Shown in pieces: positions 24,761 to 31,920 of a stretch of DNA of 35,518 nucleotides. The DNA is from a virus (lineage: Duplodnaviria; Caudoviricetes). The DNA lies in IMG/VR virus record IMGVR_UViG_3300011415_000021, positions 1 to 35,518 of that record. One strand, 5' to 3'. The translations under genes and the position numbers were made by a program. The notes under the pieces were generated by a model that saw only the letters and a program-made list of their open reading frames with translations, ran no database searches and had not been told where the DNA came from. Every line of letters begins with the position of its first letter. The first letter of the stretch is position 1.

Positions 24761-25405
24761 ATGGCCCAAATTAACGGATCCAGCAATACGCACATGCGTC
24801 CCGTGCGGTCTGCGTATGGATCCCCCGTGATTAAGCATTACGAGGAAAGCACCTGTGCGTCCTCGAAGTGCATCACGGTCGGTGACATCGTGTCGGTCGA
24901 CACCGTCGTCACCACGGGAAACATCCGGATCGTCGTCGCGCCCAGTTCTCAGGGTGCGGCCGGCAACCTCCTCGAAAACGGTGGCGGCTCCATCATCGGC
25001 GTGGCGGTCAGCGCCTCAACGTCGGATGGCGGCAACACCGGTCTCAGCTCCAACGGCGCACGCCCGAATGCGGGCCGCATGATTGCGGTTGCGGTGGCGG
25101 ACGGCCTCACAGAGTTTGCGATCAACCTCTCCTCGGTCGGGGCCACGCCCAAGGCCATCAGCTCCACGCTGGCGGGTTTGACGTATCCCATCGAGTGTGT
25201 ACGCACGGCAGTCGGCCAGCGCGGCGGCCACGGCGTGTGGTTCCTCTCGTCCACCAACTTGTCCACGGCAGCGGATCTCTCGTTTGTCGTGACAGACGTT
25301 CCCTCGGAGAGCATCGGTGATACCGGTGGGATCGTCTATGGCAAGTTCCTGTCCACCATGGTTCATCGCAGCGTCCGCGTCGGCGGGCCTGTGACCACAG
25401 TGTAA
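24761..25405 (+). CDS. putative capsid decoration/cement protein
   Basis: Gly/Ser/Thr/Val-rich; ITVGDIV...IIGVA; immediately upstream of the capsid gene. Confidence 0.65.
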   Translation: MAQINGSSNTHMRPVRSAYGSPVIKHYEESTCASSKCITVGDIVSVDTVVTTGNIRIVVAPSSQGAAGNLLENGGGSIIGVAVSASTSDGGNTGLSSNGARPNAGRMIAVAVADGLTEFAINLSSVGATPKAISSTLAGLTYPIECVRTAVGQRGGHGVWFLSSTNLSTAADLSFVVTDVPSESIGDTGGIVYGKFLSTMVHRSVRVGGPVTTV

Positions 25406-25417
25406 GGGAGATCAGCC

Positions 25418-26338
25418 ATGGCACAGACACGAGGAACAGCGGCTGAATTTTATAACGACCTTGACCGTGAAGTTCACGGCTCACTCGGGAAAGAGTTCAA
25501 GGCGCTCGAGAAAATCTGGACGAAGATCTACGACATCAAGACGAGCAAGAAGCAGCAAGAGCTCGTCACCGGCATCGTCGGGATGGGGGACGCGCAGGAA
25601 AAGCCGGAAGGCCAGCCCTTCGCGACCGACATCATTCAGGCCGGCTACTCCAAGCAGTTCCTGCACCTCGCCTTTGGCCTCGCGTTCGAGGTCACGATGG
25701 AAGCGCAGGAAGACGATCGGTACGACGTGGTCTCGGAGTACGCCAAGTGGCTCATGTTCGCGATGAACGTGGTCTACGAGAAGCGGGCGGCCCTGCCGTT
25801 CAACAACGGGTTCACTACTGAGCAGTCACCCGATGGGGTCTCCATCTTCAACAGCGCGCATCCGCTGAAAGGCAGCGGCGGGACGGCCCGCAATGTCCTG
25901 TCGGTGGCGTCGGCGTTGTCGTGGACCTCACTCGCGCAAGCGTTGATTGACTATCAGCGCGAAACCAAGTTCGAGTCGGGCCAGTTCATGCAGCCCGCCA
26001 ACGACTTGATTCTCTACGTTCCACCGGAACTGGAGTTCACGGCGGATCGGATCGTCAAGAGCGTCGGGCTTCCTGGATCAGCCGACAACGATCCGAACTC
26101 GATCAAGTCCCTCCGCAATATCACGGTCATCAAGAACGTGTACCTGACGGACACCAATGCGTGGTTCCTGCTCACGAAGAACAAGAACCACGGATTCCGC
26201 AGCTACACGCGACTGGGGATTTCGATGTTGCCCGGAATGACCAATATTGAAACGAGAAATAGGCATTACCCTGTCCGCGGAAGACAGTCATGGGGAAATA
26301 TAAGATGGCAAGGCGCATTCGGAACTGACGGAGCCTAA
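25418..26338 (+). CDS. major capsid protein (HK97 fold, Mu gpT-related type)
   Basis: AQEKPEG...FGLAFEVTMEAQEDD...DGVSIFNSAHP...LYVPPELEFTA...YLTDTNAWFL. Confidence 0.88.
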   Translation: MAQTRGTAAEFYNDLDREVHGSLGKEFKALEKIWTKIYDIKTSKKQQELVTGIVGMGDAQEKPEGQPFATDIIQAGYSKQFLHLAFGLAFEVTMEAQEDDRYDVVSEYAKWLMFAMNVVYEKRAALPFNNGFTTEQSPDGVSIFNSAHPLKGSGGTARNVLSVASALSWTSLAQALIDYQRETKFESGQFMQPANDLILYVPPELEFTADRIVKSVGLPGSADNDPNSIKSLRNITVIKNVYLTDTNAWFLLTKNKNHGFRSYTRLGISMLPGMTNIETRNRHYPVRGRQSWGNIRWQGAFGTDGA

Positions 26339-26352
26339 ACGTCTTATCGGTG

Positions 26353-26404
26353 TTGACAATGGGCGCTACTGAAACGGATAATATGGGTGGAGGTAGCGCC
26401 CATG
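26353..26404 (+). promoter_or_regulatory. promoter nested in an RBS/start-sequestering hairpin
   Basis: TTGACA at 26353-26358 and GATAAT at 26377-26382. ATGGGCGCTAC (26359-26369) is the perfect reverse complement of GTAGCGCCCAT (26393-26403). SD GGAGGT at 26389-26394; ATG at 26402. Confidence 0.75.
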
Positions 26405-27094
26405 AACTCAAACGAGGCGGCGTATCTGGCGGCGGTGATCGACGGCGAGGGGCATCTCAGCATCACAAAGAAGCAACTCCCTCAGTGCCGATGGCCGACG
26501 TTTGGTGCGCGGTTGGGAATCGCCAACACGAACAAAGCGTGGTTGGAGGGATTTCAACAGGAGATCGGCGGTTGGCTCAGAGCGGTCGGTCGAGCGACGG
26601 GCAATCGGAAGCAGGTGTACAGCCTCGTGCTCGAGGGTGCGCTTGTGGCCAAGGTGCTCGCGCAGATTCAACCGTTTCTCAGGCTCAAGAAACAGCAGGG
26701 ACTGACGCTGCTGCGCTATTTCGATCTAGCAGCGCGTCGGCGCGACGAGACGCAGGGCTGGATGGCGAGTTCGCCAGAAATCATCGAAGAACTCAACGCG
26801 CTGTATCTAGAGCAGAAGCAACTCAACTGGCGTGGCGTGAGCAAGGTTGCAGCGCGTCGGCAGAAACCCATGGGCCGACTGTGCGGCGTGGATGGCTGCG
26901 GCCTGATGCATTTCGGTCGGGGCTACTGCAAAAACCACTACAAGAAATTCATTGTGCGCGGCGGGCCAAAACGACACGACAAGGTGTGTCAGCAGTGCGA
27001 GACACCGTTCGTGTCCAAGCGAAACGATGCGCGGTTCTGCTCAGAGCGGTGTCGCCTCGTAAGTTACAGAAAAACGTCTCCCCCACCGGAGTAG
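26402..27094 (+). mobile_element. free-standing LAGLIDADG homing endonuclease with C-terminal Cys-rich domains
   Basis: AAYLAAVIDGEGHLSI...IANTN...PFLRLKKQQ; C-terminal CGVDGC...GYCKNHY and CQQC...FCSERC. Confidence 0.88.
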
Positions 27095-27166
27095 GGCTGG
27101 CACCGTGGGGAGCGGTGCTGGGCGTGTGGAGCCTAGTCCTACATCCTTTCCCACGGAGTTAGTCAC

Positions 27167-27658
27167 ATGCAGTATCGCGATTCTTCCATTGGCTCGCATT
27201 ACACCCGCGGCGTGGTGTATGGCGTCGACAGCTCGCACGGCGTCAAGATCGAAGGCGGATCCACCGGCGGCGTGATTTCCGCGGCTGGCGACGATACGGA
27301 TATTTCGCTCACCCTCAAGGGTAAAGGCGCGGGCGGCGTGTTCCTCGGGACAGGCACGGCTGCGATTGGTGGCTATCTCCGCGTCACCGATACCGCCGTC
27401 GCCACCCCCAACTTCGCCACAACCAACGCGATGGTCATGGAGACCACGCACACCATCACAGGTTTACCCGCCGCAACCGCAGGCGCGACGACGAACGCCT
27501 TTATTACCGCGATGGCGCACAACCTTTCGACGGATTGCGCGCTCGTTGGCGTGTATGTCGGATCGACGGCAGGGCAGGCGCATTGCCGCTTTGCGAAAGT
27601 GTCCACGCTGACGGTGGGCGCGAGCACGGCCACGATTAGTTTCCTCGTCACGTTGTAA
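27167..27658 (+). CDS. Thr/Gly-rich putative virion protein
   Basis: GDDTDISLTLKGKGAGGV; GGAG RBS; late region. Confidence 0.65.
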   Translation: MQYRDSSIGSHYTRGVVYGVDSSHGVKIEGGSTGGVISAAGDDTDISLTLKGKGAGGVFLGTGTAAIGGYLRVTDTAVATPNFATTNAMVMETTHTITGLPAATAGATTNAFITAMAHNLSTDCALVGVYVGSTAGQAHCRFAKVSTLTVGASTATISFLVTL

Positions 27659-27668
27659 GGGAGGCCAG

Positions 27669-27968
27669 ATGCGCGAATTGGATTGCACCTGGTCTTCCAA
27701 TGCGTCCAGTGGGGCGCAGACCGCCGTGGAAGTACATGGGGATGTCCTCTATACGGCGTTTTACATCAAAGCCAGCACGGGGGTGGATACCGCCACCGTG
27801 ACGATTCAAAGCGCCCAGTCCTCTGGCGGGCCGTGGTTTGACGAAGGCGGGAGCACGGCGCTCACCGTCGGCACGCAGATCGTGGTGCGGATTGCCGGCC
27901 CATTTGGCTGGGTGCGGCCGCACATCAACAGCACGGGCAATACGATCCGCGCGATTGGGGTGAGCTAA
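27669..27968 (+). CDS. small beta-sandwich putative virion protein
   Basis: ATVTIQSAQSSGGPWFD...GWVRP; GGAGG RBS. Confidence 0.65.
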   Translation: MRELDCTWSSNASSGAQTAVEVHGDVLYTAFYIKASTGVDTATVTIQSAQSSGGPWFDEGGSTALTVGTQIVVRIAGPFGWVRPHINSTGNTIRAIGVS

Positions 27969-28513
27969 TGCGGCGATCACTCGCGGTCACAGCACTCTTA
28001 CTGCTCACGGTGGTGGCGTTCGCGTTCGCGCAACAGAGCGGGTCCATTGGGCAACTGCGCGGATTCACCAACAGCACGGGCGAGCTGCAAACCAGCAGCG
28101 CTGGCGATACCGCCCTGCTGACTTCGGTAAAAGCCGCCGTGGAGAGCTTGCAGTCGGATGTGGCGTCCGGCTACACGCTGGAAACCTACCTCAGCACCGG
28201 CGCTGGCGATGCGGAAGACGAGAACGAGATCGACGCCAACTCTGGCGTGTTGATGGGGATTTCGGCCTACAACAACCACGCCTCGGCGAATGCGTTTATT
28301 AAGTGCTCGAATCTCACCGCGGCGAATACCACCGTGGCGTCCTCGGCGGTGTTTTATCAAATCATGGTCCCCTTTGGTGGCGGCTACGTGGATCGCAACA
28401 TCAACGCGACGTATTCCGTGGCGTTGACGTGTTCCATTGTCCTCGGCGAAGCGGCGACCGATGAAGCGGAAGTGGCCGCCAACGACGTGGGCTACAACAT
28501 CACCACACGATGA
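27968..28513 (+). CDS. signal-peptide-bearing beta-rich protein
   Basis: MRRSLAVTALLLLTVVAFAFA/QQ Sec signal. The C-domain resembles the C-domain of 30817-31920. Confidence 0.7.
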   Translation: MRRSLAVTALLLLTVVAFAFAQQSGSIGQLRGFTNSTGELQTSSAGDTALLTSVKAAVESLQSDVASGYTLETYLSTGAGDAEDENEIDANSGVLMGISAYNNHASANAFIKCSNLTAANTTVASSAVFYQIMVPFGGGYVDRNINATYSVALTCSIVLGEAATDEAEVAANDVGYNITTR

Positions 28514-29250
28514 GACGCGCGCTTCTAACGCTCATCGGGTTGTTGGTGACCGTGCCGGCGGGGGCGCAAGTCACGCACGTGGGCGCGGCCAATGGATCGG
28601 CGAACCCGACGACCTCGTTCACCGTCACGATTCCCGCGGGGACGCAGACCGACGATCTCCTCTGGTTGACGGTGACAAATAAAGACGGCGCTGGCGTGTC
28701 TCCTTCCGTGGCGGATGACGACTCGGGCGGGAACGCATGGGCGCGCATCGCGAATGACGCGAACTACAAAGCCTCACTGTGGTGGAAACGCGCCACCGCC
28801 AGCACTGCCTCGAAAACGATCACGGTCACTGGGCTGATCGATTCGTCCAGCGGCGTGCTCACGGTGGATCGCGGGGGCGACACCGGGGCGACCCCGTATG
28901 AGGGGTTGACGATCGAAGAGAGCGATACGCCGCACGCGGGATTTACGACGACGCGGAACGGCACCATGATCCACCTCGCCACCATTCACGCGACCAATGA
29001 CATTACCGTGGCCGATCAGACCACCGCCACGAGTCCGGGCGCGTTGACAGAGCGCGGCGAGCATTTGAGCACAGGCGGCACGGATAGCTCGAATACCCAA
29101 GCGAGCGAACAGCAAGCCACCGCTGGGGCCACGGGCAATTTCTCATGGACGGCGGTGGCGACCTCCTTCTCGATTGTCTGGGCCACCTTGCCGATTCAGA
29201 CAGCGGACACCCGTCGATCGCGGATGAGCACGCAAGGAGTGGGCCGATGA
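28510..29250 (+). CDS. signal-peptide-bearing Thr-rich beta-sandwich protein
   Basis: MRRALLTLIGLLVTVPAGA/QV; domain similar in pattern to 34586-35320; tail RRSRMSTQGVGR. Confidence 0.7.
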   Translation: MRRALLTLIGLLVTVPAGAQVTHVGAANGSANPTTSFTVTIPAGTQTDDLLWLTVTNKDGAGVSPSVADDDSGGNAWARIANDANYKASLWWKRATASTASKTITVTGLIDSSSGVLTVDRGGDTGATPYEGLTIEESDTPHAGFTTTRNGTMIHLATIHATNDITVADQTTATSPGALTERGEHLSTGGTDSSNTQASEQQATAGATGNFSWTAVATSFSIVWATLPIQTADTRRSRMSTQGVGR

Positions 29251-30797
29251 TGCGACGACTACTGGCCGTCGCGGTGCTTTATGTAGGGGCGTTTACGGCG
29301 ATTGTGTGGTCCCAGGGCTCCACCTATTACGTTAATTTTCAGACTGGCAGCGGGTCAGTATGCTCGTTTGCGGCTCCGTGCGCGACGTTGACCGCCGCCC
29401 AAACAGCGGCCTCGCCGGGCGACACGGTGATCGTGAGCGGCACTGGCACGACAGACTTCACCGCGACAAAATCCGGCACGGCGTTAAATCCGATCACGTA
29501 TCGCGGCTACGCCGACACCTGCCCAACGACGCCAAACACCGATCCCATCGCCATCGGTCTCGGGATTACCGAACGCACCGACCCTACCAATATTGGGAAG
29601 ACCGCTGGCTTCATCATCCAAGCAAATTACATCGTGGTCACGTGCGTCAATATGCGCCTGAACTCGGCGAACGGCACGAACGGGATCGGGGTTCTCGTGT
29701 CCGCGAATGGGAGCGCGCAGGAATCCGGCGCGCACAAATCGCACGGGACGTTTACGTGGAATTACATCGAGTGGGACGGCACCGGCACGGGATGCAGCAC
29801 GGGCATCGGCATCACGACGGGCGGATCGAGCACTGGTCCCGCGAACATGTCCACGGACAATCTCGTGGAGCACAACTACATCACGCAATGCTCCTATGGG
29901 ATCTACACGAAATCGACGTTCCTGACGGCTCGGAAGAACGAGGTCTTCCGTCTTCGCAACGGCAGCGCAGGCGGTGATATGGACTACACGCGCTTGTGGG
30001 GTGAGGACATTACCTTTCAGGCGAACTACTACCACGGCACCCGCCGATCTGAGTGCATTTTTGCTGATTGTCATATTGACTGTTTTCAGAATTTTAGACT
30101 CTCGAATGGTGGGAATGCCGACGTAGCGAAGCGGTTCACCATCACGGGCAATGTCTGCATGAATACCCACCAGGGCATTCTCATGCAGGATGTCTCACTC
30201 GGGAATCCAGGCCCGGCGAGCGGGATCTTCGACACGGTCACGGTTACGAACAATCTCGTTGCGGGCGGGCCACTGAACTCGGCCGGAACAGGCCCAGATA
30301 CCAGCACGGATTTATCTACGTGCATGACGTTCAACTCGGTGCTGAATGTCACAGCCGCCCACAACACCTGCTTGGAAACAATGACCTTCCGGGCTGGCAC
30401 GACGGGCACCGCGACGAACAACATCATCTCTGTGAATAGTGCGGCTCCCCTGACGTGCCATGAGTCGAACGCGACCGTGACGTGTACGAAGAATCTGATG
30501 TACCGCCCCGGCTACACGTTAACGGTCGGGCAAGATGGCACGGGATCGAACGCCGACAACATAGTCAACGCGAATCCGCTGTTTGTGGACACGTCGATCA
30601 ACGATTACCGCCTTGGTGCGGGATCGCCCGCGATTGGAGTCGGTGCGGATGTGGGCGTGACCACGGACATTTACGGTGAAACCCGCACGCTCACGTATGA
30701 CATCGGGGCCTTCGAAGGGGTGGGAGCGCCGGAACCCGAAGATCCGCTGCCCACGCCGACCTTTCACGGACGCGGCCCCGCACGATTGCGGCGATAG
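29247..30797 (+). CDS. secreted right-handed beta-helix (pectate-lyase-like) protein
   Basis: Signal MMRRLLAVAVLYVGAFTAIVWS; TYYV...ASPGDTVIV; Asn-ladder repeats; C-terminal DYRLGAGSPAI...DIYGETR...YDIGAFE. Confidence 0.8.
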   Translation: MMRRLLAVAVLYVGAFTAIVWSQGSTYYVNFQTGSGSVCSFAAPCATLTAAQTAASPGDTVIVSGTGTTDFTATKSGTALNPITYRGYADTCPTTPNTDPIAIGLGITERTDPTNIGKTAGFIIQANYIVVTCVNMRLNSANGTNGIGVLVSANGSAQESGAHKSHGTFTWNYIEWDGTGTGCSTGIGITTGGSSTGPANMSTDNLVEHNYITQCSYGIYTKSTFLTARKNEVFRLRNGSAGGDMDYTRLWGEDITFQANYYHGTRRSECIFADCHIDCFQNFRLSNGGNADVAKRFTITGNVCMNTHQGILMQDVSLGNPGPASGIFDTVTVTNNLVAGGPLNSAGTGPDTSTDLSTCMTFNSVLNVTAAHNTCLETMTFRAGTTGTATNNIISVNSAAPLTCHESNATVTCTKNLMYRPGYTLTVGQDGTGSNADNIVNANPLFVDTSINDYRLGAGSPAIGVGADVGVTTDIYGETRTLTYDIGAFEGVGAPEPEDPLPTPTFHGRGPARLRR

Positions 30798-30816
30798 AGA
30801 GAGGAACTGAGCATAC

Positions 30817-31920
30817 ATGGCTGATAACGTCTCCGTCACCCCCGGCTCCGGCGCGTCGATTGCGACCGACGATGTCGGCGGGATCCAATTCCAGAAAGTC
30901 AAGATCGATGTGGGCGGCGATGGCGCGAGCGCCGTGCTCTCGACATCCGATCCGATGCCGATCAGCGGCCCCGTCACGGTCACGGGGGATGCGCTGACCG
31001 CGCTGCAACTGCTGGACAACATCGTCTACACCGAAGCGGCGACGGATACCACGATTGAGGGCATCCCGATCCTCTGGGAAGACACGTCAGACACGTTGCG
31101 TGTCCCCAGTGCCGCGAAACCGCTCCCGGTGGCGATCATTACCGGCGCGGGATCGGGTGGCACGGCGATGGCCGATGACGCCGCGTACACCGTGGCGGTC
31201 ACGTCGTTTACGCCCGTGGGCGGTGTCTACAAGTCCTCCGTCGATTCCGTCGATGACGGCGATGGCGGCGCCGTGGCGATGTCGGCTACCCGCGCGATGC
31301 ACGTGCATATCGTCGGGGACGATGTGGGTTCTGCGGTGGCGGACGAAGACGGCACGGTTGCTACTGGCGCGACGAACGTCGCCCAGACCATTGCCGTGCA
31401 GTACGAGTACGACGCCACGAACCTCGTGCGCGTGCGTGGCCCGCACACGGTGGCCCATGACGCGGCGGATGCGGGCAATCCCGAAAAGCTCGGCGCGAAA
31501 GCGGAGACCTCGATCGCAGGCGTCACGCTCGTCGCGGATGGCGATCGGACGGATCTGTACGCCGGCATTGATGGCGTGCTGATTACCCGTCCGCATTGCA
31601 ATCTGGAAAACATCGTGACTGGCAACGCCTCGAATACGGATGGCGCCAGCACGCAGTGCATCGCGGCCCAGGCCGCCGGCGTGAAAACGTACCTCACGAC
31701 GGTGATTCTCACAAACTCGCATGCGACCGATGACATCTACGTGGAGATTAAAGACGGCGCCACCGCGAAGTTGACGATTCCCGTCCCGCATTCCAGCGGC
31801 GCGGCGATCTCGTTGTCCGTCCCGCTCCCAGGCACAGCGGCGACCGCGTGGAACTTCGATCCCTCCGCGGCGAAGACCACGATTTTCTGCTCGATGGTGG
31901 GTTTTATCTCGAAGGTGTAA
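30817..31920 (+). CDS. acidic Ala/Thr-rich putative virion structural protein
   Basis: MADNVSVTPGSGASIATDDVGG...QKVK; GAGG RBS. Confidence 0.65.
   Translation: MADNVSVTPGSGASIATDDVGGIQFQKVKIDVGGDGASAVLSTSDPMPISGPVTVTGDALTALQLLDNIVYTEAATDTTIEGIPILWEDTSDTLRVPSAAKPLPVAIITGAGSGGTAMADDAAYTVAVTSFTPVGGVYKSSVDSVDDGDGGAVAMSATRAMHVHIVGDDVGSAVADEDGTVATGATNVAQTIAVQYEYDATNLVRVRGPHTVAHDAADAGNPEKLGAKAETSIAGVTLVADGDRTDLYAGIDGVLITRPHCNLENIVTGNASNTDGASTQCIAAQAAGVKTYLTTVILTNSHATDDIYVEIKDGATAKLTIPVPHSSGAAISLSVPLPGTAATAWNFDPSAAKTTIFCSMVGFISKV

Noticed and set aside
27095-27136. Displaced original capsid C-terminus after the endonuclease
   Set aside because: Only GGAGCCTA (GA-stop) matches. The upstream translation GWHRGERCWAC does not align convincingly.
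26350-27162. 270-aa alternative + frame ORF over the endonuclease
   Set aside because: Low-complexity Arg/Gly/Ala translation; the LAGLIDADG frame has the motifs and the SD.
26339-27166. Group I intron or intein housing the LAGLIDADG gene
   Set aside because: The capsid ORF ends with a normal stop, the flanks are too short for a ribozyme core, and there are no intein splice motifs.
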